In this document: positions 1 to 11,483 of the stretch, one piece after another
Layout: the number at the start of each line of letters is the position of its first letter
How positions within the stretch are numbered: the first letter of the stretch is position 1
Assembly (NCBI RefSeq): GCF_006345805.1
Contig: NC_043021.1
Coordinates: 4,216,001 to 4,280,000 of the forward strand
Length of the DNA: 64,000 bases
Direction of reading: 5' to 3'
Source of the DNA: Octopus sinensis
Lineage: Eukaryota
Position numbers and translations under genes: made by a program
The notes under the pieces: generated by a model
Databases searched by the model: none
What the model was told of the DNA's origin: nothing
What the model saw: the letters and a program-made list of their open reading frames with translations, nothing else

Positions 1-34
1 GCTAATATTTCCTTCTAACTTTGCTTTTCTCATA

Positions 35-135
35 TTTATTCAAACCCCAACAAATCCTTCTCAACACATGGCTACGGTGCTCCCCCACTATTCCTGCTCA
101 TCATCAGAGATGCATATATTGTCAGCAACTATATC
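35..135 (-). repeat. Fragment of an unclassified dispersed repeat (longer copy at 47079-47353)
   Basis: Reverse complement matches 'tgacgatatgtgcatctctgatcacgagcagaagtagtgggggagcatcatggccatgtgttgagaggg...ggggtttgaata' at ~47250-47340. Confidence 0.8.
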
Positions 136-343
136 CTTCATAAAACAAACTCAAATGTTTTCTTCATATTAAAATAGAACCAAAAAAACAGGCGACCAGA
201 AATGTTTAAAATATGTGATTTAGAGAAAATTCAAACAATACATTTATTTCAAATGTACAAAGGATTTAAAGAGATGAGTGAAATATTATGGTAAAGTTTT
301 GTGATGTGAAACAGGAAGAACATGAATAAAGTGAGCATTAAGT

Positions 344-837
344 CTTTTGCTACCATATTTCTGCTGAACGCATTGCTTTTGTTTCAATTAAATTTGGAAT
401 AAAGAATTTAACCCTTTTACACAGAAAGCAGATATATCCACTCTAGATTATATTATCTTTAACAGCAGAAAGCAGTTTAATACACCAATCTATCTTTTGT
501 TGAAGAATTTATTTTCTGATGAGATATACCGGCTTTAATCCTTTTGTTACCATATTTGCATCAAATACACTACTTTTGCTTCAATTAAATAAGAAAGCTA
601 TAAAGAATTTAACCCTTTTACATAGAAAGCAGATATATCCTTTCAAAATTTTATTATCTTTAACTGCAGAAAGCAGTTTTATACACCAACGTATCTTTCG
701 TTGAGGGAACTATTTTCTGATAAGTCAAGTTTATTGAGGCATTGGGAGTTGCAGAAAATATCAGTTCTATTTTTGCTTGATATTTAACATCATCACTGGA
801 ATACCCATGAAATTTAATTTTGCAGTGAAAGGGTTAA
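344..837. mobile_element. Decayed TTAA-type (piggyBac-like) MITE region containing a ~200 bp diverged direct duplication
   Basis: 'ttaacccttt' at ~409 and ~609 and 'aaagggttaa' at ~828-837; 344-520 aligns with 541-722. Confidence 0.5.
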
Positions 838-1717
838 AAGCAAAACACTGGAGTCATTATCAAACTGCTGTTTGGGATATAAACTAACATGAAATTTTGA
901 TGGAAGGTTTTTAATTTAGTTCGCTTCAAAGCATGAAGTTTGTGGTTAAGAAAAGAAGCAGTGTTATGTGCAACAAGATGCCAATTCATAAGAAACATTA
1001 AAAAAGAAAAAAAAACAGTTGAAAGGAAAATAAAAGCACAACCAACAACAAAACAGGACCATAAAGATAAGCTGTGAAAATGCTCCATGCAGTGCAATGT
1101 GGTGAACCCCTGTTGACATAAATTAAAAAAATATGCAAAAGGTGAAGTAAAAAGCAATATGGCCTGTTAAAGTAGTATTTGCCTACTCCAGGATTAACCA
1201 GCCTCTATCTGCTGCAGCCAGCCTTACATGGCTCTTCAATTATTTCAAATGTACTCCATTTGATAAAACAGGAGAAACTTGGTCTTTTAAAAGATTCCCT
1301 TTTTTTTCCCTTGATTTTTTTTTTCTTTTTTTGGTTATATGACCCTATCACTAGGTGAAAACCTTACCACATAACAGCCTCAAAGCCAAGAACCTTCGAA
1401 ACCAATCGCTAAGTCATAAGAAACTGTACTCTGACTTCACATAACGTGAATCAACATTTCATAAGAAAAGGTGTGACTGCTTCTCTCACTCATCCTTTAT
1501 CGTTTACTTGCTTCAGTCATTAGACTGTGGCCATGCTAGGGCACCAGCTTGAAGCATTTCACTCAAGTGAACTGACCTCATTACTAATTTTTGTTTAAAA
1601 GCCTGGTGCTTACTCTATTGGTCTTTTTGCCAAACTGCTAAGTTATGGGGATGTAAACAGACCAACACCAGTTGTCAAGTGGCAGTAGGAGATAAACAGA
1701 CACAGATATACACACAG

Positions 1718-1771
<54 letters not shown>

Positions 1772-1804
1772 TTTATTTAAAAGCAGCAGAAAATTCAACA
1801 AAAC

Positions 1805-1842
1805 CTGTTACTCTGAGTTTCATGTTCCCGTTCGTCGGACAG
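1805..1842 (-). ncRNA. Mirror copy of the hammerhead motif, with one stem II mismatch
   Basis: Inverted arm reads ctgt-CCGACGA-acg-ggaa-cat-GAAA-ctcagag-ta-acag on the minus strand. Confidence 0.6.
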
Positions 1843-1865
1843 TTTTTGCTAGAATCCAACAAAAA

Positions 1866-1903
1866 CTGTCCGACGAACGGGAACGTGAAACTCAGAGTAA
1901 CAG
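1866..1903 (+). ncRNA. Minimal type I hammerhead ribozyme motif, U4C core variant
   Basis: Stem I ctgt/acag; CCGACGA; stem II acg-GGAA-cgt; GAAA; palindromic stem III ctc-a-gag; GUA site, predicted cut after 1899. Confidence 0.7.
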
Positions 1904-2349
1904 GTTTTGTTGAATTTTCTGCTGCTTTTAAATAAAGCATATTACTCTACCACTGGTATTTGAGTACTCTTTTTTCCACCTTGTTTCACATTTATGTGTT
2001 TACTCCAGTATATATATATATATATATATATATGCATACATACACACAATATATACAATAAACAAGCTTCTGTTTACCAAATCCACTCACAATGGTTTGA
2101 CAGGACCAAGGCTACAGTAGAAGGCATTTGCCCAAGGTGCTATCCAATGGGACTGAACCCAGAACCATGTGGTTGAGAAGCAAACTTCTTACCACACAAC
2201 CAGGCCTGTGCCTACTCATTTTTTTTTTTTTAAATGGGCCTTTTTAAAATTCTGTCAGGCCATACTTATTTAGCCCCGGGCCAACCAGTTTCACTCTCCT
2301 GTTGCGTCACATCGCAAGATAACTCCGAGAGCAAGCTTTAAAGACTCAC

Positions 2350-2520
2350 CAGTTGTTTGGTCTTCGAAGAGTCCTTAAGGAGGGAAATCTCTGATTGGAG
2401 CTCTTTGTTATTTTGTTCCAGCTCTGCCAACTGTTTAAAGGATTGCTGAAGTTTTTCCTTTTGAATGTCAAGGGAAATATTAGTTTTTCCATTCTCTTGG
2501 CTGATGTCACAGGAATTCAC
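2350..2520 (-). CDS. Internal coding exon (57 codons, phase 0/0) of an unidentified coiled-coil protein
   Basis: Acceptor 'ttgctttgtatttctcacctgtag|GTG', donor 'CTG|gtgagt', 171 bp open frame VNSCDISQENGKTNISLDIQKEKLQQSFKQLAELEQNNKELQSEISLLKDSSKTKQL with heptad-spaced Leu and high E/K/Q; non-repetitive DNA. Confidence 0.8.
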
Positions 2521-2763
2521 CTACAGGTGAGAAATACAAAGCAAGTTGGATATCAATGCAGTGAAATTAAAGGAAATGAAACAAGGCTTTTGGTAAGCAA
2601 GGAGGTGTGAAGGACATAAAGATTGTGTGTAGAGTGTGTGTCTGAAATACAATTAATTTTCCATCTCAGTATTGCAGATGCAAATTATATATACACATAT
2701 ACATATGTATATAAATGTGTGTATGTATATCCATTACAGTTGATCTTATTTCATTCTATAACT

Positions 2764-2853
2764 GCCATCTCTGAAGAGTGCAGGGTTACATAATCGGGCT
2801 ATTACCTAACACTCTAGTGAACCCCTAGTGTGAAACCAATTGGTAAGATTGGC
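2764..2853 (+). ncRNA. Type I hammerhead ribozyme motif with canonical core
   Basis: Stem I gccatct/agat(t)ggc; CTGAAGA 2771-2777; long stem II (gtgc..gggtt / aaccc..gtgt); GAAA 2832-2835; palindromic stem III accaattggt; GUA, cut after 2845. Confidence 0.8.
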
Positions 2854-3453
2854 CGTAATGGATATATAACCACATAATGATTTATAAACATCGAATTATT
2901 AAAGTGGGAAAATTATCAGAGAAGCCATTCCTATTCAGTTTTTTAAATATACAAAACTGTAACCAAAAATTTTCTATTTCTATATAAAGTATATATGCAT
3001 AAGTTAGAGTCAACAGATGAAATCCAGAGATTCTCAATACAGAAAACACTTAATAGCGCTCAAATGATTTCAATTTACACTCTGAAACCTTTACCGAGGA
3101 CCAAGTCCATGGAGTAAAGAGTTGCTATAAGAGGAATCCAGGTGAGCAGATATGGAGACAATAATGCAAATAAGCAAATAAAACTGTTTGGGTTTGATAT
3201 ACAAAATATACATACATGTAAAGAAAGTAAAGACTGAAAATGTATATATCAACAGAGCAAACTTACACTGGGTACAAAGACACAAGAAAAAAAATGATGT
3301 AACAGGTCCATGTAAATTTGTTCTGTTAATATATATAAATATCCATATATTTTTGCACTTAAGTATTCATTGTCAGAAAATTTCTAGTCTTTGCCTTCTC
3401 TTTATTTACATGTACATATATTTTGTACAGTTTTATGTTTATATATATATATA

Positions 3454-3640
3454 AGTCGCCATGATAGATCGTTAGCAACTACACACATTTTTTTCTCTCC
3501 TCATTTTTTCTGTCTCCCTTTCGGTAGAAGAGCATAGGCTCAAAACGTAAAAGACTTTTTCTATTCCTGAGCGTTATACTAATACATCTGTTTGTTTTCT
3601 ACACCACCTGTCTTCGTCTTTTGTTTTTTTTGCGAACTCT

Positions 3641-3643
<3 letters not shown>
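3454..3643 (+). mobile_element. (TA)n-embedded short element with a decayed HHR-like motif (3518-3553)
   Basis: Near-identical inverted copy at 23017-23186; motif cttt-CGGTAGA-a-gagc-atag-gctc-aaaa-cg-ta-aaag. Confidence 0.7.
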
Positions 3644-3683
<40 letters not shown>

Positions 3684-3689
<6 letters not shown>

Positions 3690-3948
3690 AATTAGGATAA
3701 TATCGATATTATCAAGTGGCCAGCATGGGAAAAAATACCGTACAAGGTAATAATTTTTACAATTAAAAATAAGGGTGTCTGAGAGACACCACCATGCCGA
3801 AATAGCAGTCAAAACTCTGACTATAAAAACCAGTTAAATGTTCATATCGTACCATGATATGGTACGATATGAACATTTACATGCTTTTTATAGTCAGAGT
3901 TTTGACTGCTATTTCGCATGGTGGGTCTCTCAGACCCTCATTTTTAAT

Positions 3949-3950
<2 letters not shown>
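3684..3950. mobile_element. (TA)n-embedded fold-back element, copy 1
   Basis: ~95 bp inverted arms centred on 'gtaccat-gat-atggtac'; homologous to 56480-56652. Confidence 0.8.
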
Positions 3951-3980
<30 letters not shown>

Positions 3981-3983
3981 ATA

Positions 3984-4245
3984 TTTATAAATTAGGATAA
4001 TATCGATATATCAAGTGGCCAGCATGGAAAAAAATACCGTACAAGGTAATAATTTTTTACAATTAAAAATAAGGTGTCTGAGAGACACCACCATGCCGAA
4101 ATAGCAGTCAAAACTCTGACTATAAAACCACGTTAAATGTTCATATCGTACCATGATATGGTACGATATGAACATTTAACATGCTTTTTATAGTCAGAGT
4201 TTTGACTGCTATTTCGGCATGGTGGTGTCTCTCAGACACCCTCAT

Positions 4246-4252
<7 letters not shown>
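3984..4252. mobile_element. (TA)n-embedded fold-back element, copy 2 (tandem duplicate)
   Basis: Near-identical to 3684-3950 with cleaner arms. Confidence 0.8.
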
Positions 4253-4294
<42 letters not shown>

Positions 4295-4646
4295 AGAAAA
4301 TATACAGAGTATGTATATTTGTAAGTAGAAGGTGTAGATTATTAAACAGTGTTACTCTGAAAGGGTTTTATTGAAAGAGAGACACAGAGAACTTGGAGGA
4401 AAGGTAATAAAGAAAGGAAAAACAGAAAATGGTAAGGACAGTCTTGATTGTGATAATGTACAATACATTTTATCCACCTGTCCAAACAAATACTGAAGTA
4501 GTCGTTACTTAGTTTATTAAAGTCAGCCCTGATTACTAAACGAACACATGACCAAAGGTATTGCAGTCTTTTCCTCAAACAAAGTGCAACTAAGATGAAC
4601 TAATCTATGCAATGTGTCTTTTTTTTATATAAAAAAAACAACAACC

Positions 4647-4804
4647 AGGAGTGGCTGTGTGGTAAGTAGCTTGCTAACCAACCACATGGTTCCGGGTTCA
4701 GTCCCACTGCGTGGCACCTTGGGCAAGTGTCTTCTGCTATAGCCCCGGGCCGACCAATGCCTTGTGAGTGGATTTGGTAGACGGAAACTGAAAGAAGCCT
4801 GTCG

Positions 4805-4835
<31 letters not shown>

Positions 4836-5041
4836 ATTTGTGTGTCTGTGTTTGTCCCCCTAGCATTGCTTGACAACCGATGCTGGTGTGTTTACGTCCC
4901 CGTCACTTAGTGGTTCGGCAAAAGAGACCGATAGAATAAGTACTGGGCTTACAAAGAATAAGTCCCGGGGTCGATTTGCTCGACTAAAGGCGGTGCTCCA
5001 GCATGGCCGCAGTCGAATGACTGAAACAAGTAAAAGAGTAA
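4647..5041 (+). mobile_element. Near full-length SINE family A
   Basis: A box (tggctgtgtggta), B box (ggttcagtccc), 'ccttgggcaag', internal (TA)n(TG)n, tail (aaagagta)n; more than 12 copies in the window. Confidence 0.92.
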
Positions 5042-5572
5042 ACCATATAACATGAGATTTCGCTGCTTTCTCTAGCAAAATGAGCAACCATTCAGAGGCT
5101 CCCTCAATTAGCTCAGAATAGTAAAACTAGGCTAAATCTTCAGGTATAACACTCATTTATTTTTATCAAAATCAATATTACAATTAAGCGTATGTATAAT
5201 AAAAGGTATCAGGTTATAAAGTTAACCCCCCACCCCACTTATGAAAAGAAAAAAAAGAAAACAATGTAATAAGTCTTTGTAATATTTTAGATTATTCAGA
5301 AACCATTATTTTTTTATTGATTTTTCTTTTTCTCATTATATATTAATATTTTATATAAAATGAAATATTAAAAGCTAATAGATAATAGTATTTTATTATT
5401 TATTTATTCAATCAATTTAAACATGCAGGCAAAGGTGGTAAGCTATGACATACTGAGGAAGGTATTTAATAACCTTTATATCATAATTTAACATCCATTT
5501 TCCATGCTGGCATGGCTTGAACAGTTTGACAGAAGCCGGCAAACCATTAAATATATATATATATATATATAT

Positions 5573-5760
5573 ACATGGTTCAAATGTACAAAAAATAATA
5601 GACAGGGATAGGCGAGGGAACAACAAACAAGGTATATTAGTTTGATGCTCAGGAAAATGGAAAAGTCATTGACATTTCGAGCCTATGCTCTTCGGCAGAA
5701 AGGGATAAGGAAAGGAAATGGAGAGAGAGAAAAAAACAGAGAGAAAAAAACAAAGGTGTT
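5573..5760 (-). mobile_element. (TA)n-adjacent short element with HHR-like motif (5667-5702, A6C core)
   Basis: Minus strand cttt-CTGCCGA-a-gagc-atag-gctc-GAAA-tg-tc-aatg; shares 'tattagt..gctcaggaa..gaaaagtc' with 23017-23186. Confidence 0.65.
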
Positions 5761-6413
5761 GCCCTGGAGGATGTCATGGGAGATGCACTGGAACAGCGAC
5801 TATGACTCACATAGCCATCTCTGCCCCAATAGCAGCGAACAGGGATATGATTCCAAGGACCGAGTATGCCACAAGCTTGACCATGAACCTGTCAGAAAGT
5901 GACTGATACTTTGACAGTTTGCTTTTCTGAGCCTGATGGGCAGTGGTGCCTGGGCTGGTAGCTGAACACATCAAGTTGCCATTGGAGAAGGTGTCACAGC
6001 ACATGGCATCCCAGGTGAGGGGCCTACCACCACAGAATGAGAAAATTGTCATACCGTCAAGCCTTTTATCATCCCCTCGGTCTAGCCTACAACATCAAGG
6101 CCATGCTTCGTGATTTTGTTAAGGGTGGTATGGCTTGGAAAGTGGCCAGCACTACAATGGCTTGAAAATGGATGGAGGTTAAAAAAATCCACAGTGAATC
6201 GACAACAGTATTTGATTATCAGTAGATTATCTACACATGTAGCAGTTGTGTAAAAGATGGTACTGTGAGCTTTTAAAACAATTTAGGCTCCAAAATTGTA
6301 ATATAAATCATACACAAGGGCATACTATACTTGCTATCAAGTGGTAGTTGGCGGGGACAAACACAAACACATATACATATACATTTGGTAGATGGAAATT
6401 GAAAGAAGCCCAT

Positions 6414-6456
<43 letters not shown>

Positions 6457-6834
6457 GATGGGCTTCTTTTAGTTTCCATCTACCAAATTTGCTCATAAGG
6501 CTTTGGTCAGCCTGGGACTAGAATAGAAGACATTTGCCCAAGGTGCAACACAGTGAGGCTGAACCCAGAACCATATGGTTGGGAAGTAAACTTACAGCAC
6601 AGCCATGCCTGCATATACACACACTGGGCTTCCACACAGTTTCCATCAACCAGATTTACTCACAAGGCATACAGAGATTATAGGGGCTATAGCCCAGGCA
6701 TGTAAGTGAAGACAATTGTCCAAGGTGCTGTAAAGTGGAAGTGACCCCCAAAACCACAGGATCATGAAGCTTGTTAGCATGTGACAAAAAAATTGATTCA
6801 CTGATATTAGACTTCCCAATACCCTTGAATCAGA

Positions 6835-7221
6835 TACTCTTTTACTTGTTTCAGTCATTTGACTGCGGCCATGCTGGAGCACCGCCTTTAGTCGAGCAAA
6901 TCGACCCCGGGACTTATTCTTTGTAAGCCTAGTACTTATTCTATCTGTCTCTTTTGCCGAACCGCTAAGTGACGGGGACGTAAACACACCAGCATCGGTT
7001 GTCAAGCAATGCTAAGGGGACAAACACAGACACACAAACACAAACACATACACATATATACATATATATACAGGCTTCTTTCAGTTTCCGTCTACCAAAT
7101 CCACTCACAAGGCATTGGTCGGCCCGGGGCTATAGCAGAAGACACTTGCCCAAGATGCCACGCAGTGGGACTGAACCTGGAACCATGTGGTCGGTTAGCA
7201 AGCTACTTACCACACAGCCAT
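6835..7221 (-). mobile_element. SINE family A
   Basis: Reverse complement of 4647-5041. Confidence 0.92.
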
Positions 7222-7732
7222 ACATTAATTTTATTAAAATTTAACCAAAATGTTGCAATTAGAAATTCAATAAATCACGAAATAAATCAACAATAATATA
7301 AATGATGTTATGTAAATATTTCTGAAAGTGCCATGCAAGCAACAATTCTCCATTATATTTTATAGCAGGAGAGAATGGAAGATAGTCTCAAATGAGTTCA
7401 TAAAAACAGAAAGATGGCAACGACCCAAAACATTTTGAAACTATTGATGCAGTTTTAACACCTAAACAGAACATGAAGTTTTCTTTATTGATTTTGTTTT
7501 AACAAGAAGCTCACCTTATGCTTGTAATAGACACAGAAGTCAATGAAAGGTTAAAGACTAGGAGTATTAAAATATTAGAACCAGGATTAATGTTTAGTTA
7601 CTACATTTTGTTTCTGAAGGAAAACAGCTTACACGGATCATAGAAAACATGTGGAGTCTGTTCTTTGTTTTCTCGTTGTTTTTCCAATATTTTTAAGTGC
7701 TGGCATTACACCACAAATTATGTGAATGTGTG

Positions 7733-7867
7733 CATACATGAATATCACTATCATACATGAATATCACTATCATACATGAATATCACTATCATACATGAAT
7801 ATCACTATCATACATGAATATCACTATCATACATGAATATCACTATCATACATGAATATCACTATCA
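7733..7867. repeat. Perfect 19-bp tandem repeat (catacatgaatatcactat) x7
   Basis: Directly visible. Confidence 0.95.
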
Positions 7868-7874
7868 ACATTTA

Positions 7875-8700
7875 ACCCTTTTACTTTCACTTTATTCTAT
7901 CTCAATTAATGCTCATTTATTCACAGTTTTGAATTAACCATGTAAATATTTTGTAGCTTTGAGTTTTCGATGACGATATTGTTTAATTTTTAGAATGACA
8001 CTGTAGGGTAAGTGCAAGAGGCAGGATCTGGCCAGTTTGAACAGGAAAAGCTACAAGAACATTCTGGCCAGATATTACTCTTTTACTTGTTTCAGTCATT
8101 TGACTGCAGCCATGCTGGAGCACCGCCTTGAATCGAGCAACTCGACCCCAGGACTTATTCTTTGTAAGCCCAGTACTTATTCTATCGGTCTCTTTTGCCG
8201 AACTGCTAAGTGACGGGGACGTAAACACACCAGCATCGGTTGTCAAGCAATGCTAGGAGGACAGACACACAAACACATACACACACATACATATATATAT
8301 ATATACATATATACGACGGGCTTCTTTCGGTGTCCGTCTACCAAATCCACTCACAAGGCTTTGGTCGGCCCGTGGCTATAGTAGAAGACACTTGCCCAAG
8401 ATACCACGCAGTGGGACTGAACCCGGAACCATGTGGTTGGTAAACAAGCTACTTACCACACAGCCACTCCTGCGCCGGTTTTAAATTCTTTGACCCTTTA
8501 GTATTCACAATATTCTGTCAAAAGTAATTCTTAATTATTCACATTGTTTTGAATTAATCGTGCATCATCTTGTAGCTTTGAAATTTTGATGAGGTAACTG
8601 TAAATTTTTAGAATGATATTGTAGGGTTGGTGTGAGAGGCCAGATCTGGTCAGTTTGAACACAAAGCAGGGAGAATATTTTGGCCAGATATGGCATGGGT
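7875..8700. mobile_element. Two adjacent piggyBac-like MITE copies, the first interrupted by a SINE
   Basis: Start 'ttaacccttt' and 'tgacccttt'; bodies align with 25899-26118. Confidence 0.6.
8077..8475 (-). mobile_element. SINE family A
   Basis: Full-length match to family A. Confidence 0.92.
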
Positions 8701-9320
8701 TGGACGATTTGACAGGATCTGATTGGCTCTAGGACTACATAGTGCTCCAGTGTCTGCTTGGAATAGCTTCTATACCTGGACATCCTTCCTATCACCAACC
8801 ACTGCACATCATGTACAGGGTACCTTTATCATGCCTTCAGCAATAATTAGGTTGCCATGCAGCTTGCAAGACTATAAACCATGGAAAGGGGTACTTTAGG
8901 TTATCAATAATACAGAGCAGGTTCCTTATTATAGAGAAGATATATATTTACACACATTTTGGAATGTATGGAAGCACATTAGTACTATAAAAATAACATT
9001 GTGTAACATAATTTCTGTCCTTGGGTAGCATCTGTTATCTGCTTACCCTTAGAAAGTTATGAAAAATGGCCAATATTTCCTTTAAACTTTGCTTTGCTCA
9101 AATGTGTTTCCCTGTATTTATACGGTCATCTATGTTGCCAGAACCTTCTAGAAATTCTCTAAACTTCTAGAAAATTCTGCTTCAATGACTAAGCACTGAA
9201 TCTGTCTGAAAGGTAATGAAATATAGGTCAGTTTCAAACCATTGATGTCCTGGTCAGTAAAGCAAAGTTTGAAGGGGATAATAGTCATGTCCTTTGACTT
9301 CTGGATAGAAGCAGATAGGA

Positions 9321-9457
9321 AACTAGAAAAGCACTCAGAGAGTGCAGACTTCCGCCAAGCACCATATATTTCCACACACATATACACGCATGCTGAAAAT
9401 CACCCAATTTCCCAAACCAACGCCGGCAAAAACATAACACCCCTTAGTGGGGGTAAA
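9321..9457. mobile_element. Helentron-associated (HINE-like) short element remnant
   Basis: 'actagaaaagcactcagagagtgcagacttccgccaag' ... 'aaaaacataacaccccttagtgggggtaa', with degenerate subterminal inverted repeats. Confidence 0.45.
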
Positions 9458-9473
9458 AAAAAATAACACAGCC

Positions 9474-10172
9474 ATGTCTGTATGTGTGTCTATGCATGTC
9501 TGTATGTGTCAGTATGTGTGTGTCTATGCATGTCTGTATGTATGTCAGTATGTGTGTCTATGCATGTCTGTATGTGTGTGTCTATGCATGTCTGTATGTA
9601 TGTGTCTATGCATATCTGTATGTGTGTGTCTATGCATGTCTATGCGTGTCAGTATGTGTGTGTCTATGCATATCTATATGTATGTGTCAGTATATGTGTG
9701 TCTATGCATGTCCGTATGTGTGTCAGTATATGTGTCTATGCATGTCTGTATGTGTGTGTCTACTCATGTCTGTATGTATGTGTCTATGCATATCTGTATG
9801 TGTGTGTCTATGCATGTCTGTATGTGTGTCAGCATGTTTGTGGGTCTATGCATGTCTGTATGCATGTGTCAGTATGTGTGTGTCTATATGCATGTCTATA
9901 TGCAGTATTTGTATGTCAGTATATGCATGTCAGTATGTGTGTCTATATACATGTCAGTATGTGTGCATTTATATGCGTGTCTGAACATGTGTCAATATGT
10001 GTGTGTGGAGGAGACATGGGTACATGTGTAGATGGATAAGCATGCTTGTGTGTATACATTGTGCATGCGTGCATATATGCATGCGTACATGAAGATATGT
10101 ATATAGGTGTAGAAGGATAAGTGTGTGTATGTGTAACAGTATGTGTGTGTGTGTGTGTGTGAGACAGCATGC

Positions 10173-10204
<32 letters not shown>

Positions 10205-10260
10205 CAGACAGAATGTGCATGTGTATGTGTGTGCATGCGCTTATGCATCTGCATGCATGC
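9474..10260. repeat. Degenerate (TG/TA/CA) compound satellite (catgtctgtatgtgtgtgtctatg-like units)
   Basis: Directly visible; explains the MCVC-type ORFs. Confidence 0.9.
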
Positions 10261-10569
10261 ACGAGTGTAAGTTTCAGGAACTTTATATCCTAAATAGTCA
10301 GTGATCAATAACATTCATTGATTTATAGTGTGTAGAAGGAGGGAGAAAAGTGTGCTCAGCCAATAGGTTTCATCTTGTTAGTACAATGAGAAAACATTAT
10401 GTCAGTGGAATAAGGAAGAGTAAGGATGAGAGGGGAAGGTGGCACGGAGATTAGGGGAGCAGCAAATGAGAGAATGAGAAGAAAAGTAGGTGTGAATGAG
10501 GGCAATGGCGGTGCCCCAGCATGGCCACAGCTCGTGAGCTGAAACTAGATAAAATAAAATAAAATTTAA

Positions 10570-11310
10570 AAAATGGTGAAAATGAAGAAATATAGAGGGA
10601 AAGGTGGGGAGTAAGGTGGGAGTGGGGTTGGGGGAAGTGAGGGATGAGAATTGGGAAAATAAATCAAGTGAAAGAGGGGGGGAAATAAGAATGGAGAATG
10701 AGGGGAGAAGGGAGAAGAATGGGAGAGAGAGAAAATTAATGAGATGGGAGAAGGAAATGGAAAAGGAAGAGTAAATGAATAAAAGTTAGGAGAAGGAAAG
10801 AAGAGAGGAGATAATTAGGAGAGGTAGAGGTAGTGAAAGAGTTCAGGTAAGAAATATTTAGAAAGAGACATGGTGTTGAGAGACAAAAAGAGAGGGAAGG
10901 AGGGCGGGAGAAGACAGAAAGTGAGGGAGAGAGAAAGACAGAGAAAGAGAGTGAGAGAGTGAAAAAGGGAGGAGAAGAGAGGAGGGAAAGGGAGAAGGAG
11001 AAAGATGGAGGGGGAGAGAGGGAGAGGGAGAGAAAGGGAGAGGGAGAAAGATGGAGAGAGGAGCTCTGGAGGAAAGACTGAAACAAAAATGAGAAAAGTG
11101 GAGGTTGACGAAAAAAAGGAGACAATGAAAATGTCAAAGATGAATAGAGTTTGAAGGAGAGGGAGAAGAAAGTGTTGGGAGGAAAACAAAGCAGGAAGGA
11201 GAGTAATGAAACAAACAGAAGCTGGAAAGGAGGGCAAGGAGACAACCAGAACTTGAGAAGGAGAGCAAGTGGGGGGGAGACTTTACAGCAAAGGAAACGA
11301 GAAAGAAGAT
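10570..11310. repeat. GA-rich low-complexity tract
   Basis: Purine-rich composition. Confidence 0.85.
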
Positions 11311-11483
11311 CTTCTTCCTATCGAAATTCAGTGGAAATCTAGATAATCAGGGCAACTAGTCTAGCCTTGACTCCAAAGAAGAGGGTAAAAAGTTCAATTC
11401 CTGTTCTGTACAGAGATTTCCTCAGTTCCTTTTTTTATACTTCATTACATTTTTATCTTGTGTTTTTTTGTGTGTTTTTGCAG

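Larger units (their letters stand above)
1771..2008 (+). mobile_element. Short (TA)n-embedded fold-back element with hammerhead motifs (Penelope/retrozyme-like)
   Basis: 78-bp inverted arms 1771-1848 and 1860-1937 with 1 mismatch; flanked by (TA)n on both sides. Confidence 0.75.
1500..2215 (-). mobile_element. tRNA-derived SINE family A (probably Octopus OK-type), split by an HHR element inserted in its internal (TA)n
   Basis: 3' half at 1500-1720 and 5' half at ~2050-2215 match the intact copy at 4647-5041; 1771-2008 interrupts the TA run. Confidence 0.85.

Noticed and set aside
4600-5087. Recurrent 'MTTDAGVFTSPSLSG' and 'EDTCPRCHAVGLNPEPCG' ORFs
   Set aside because: Translations of SINE family A; not a gene family.
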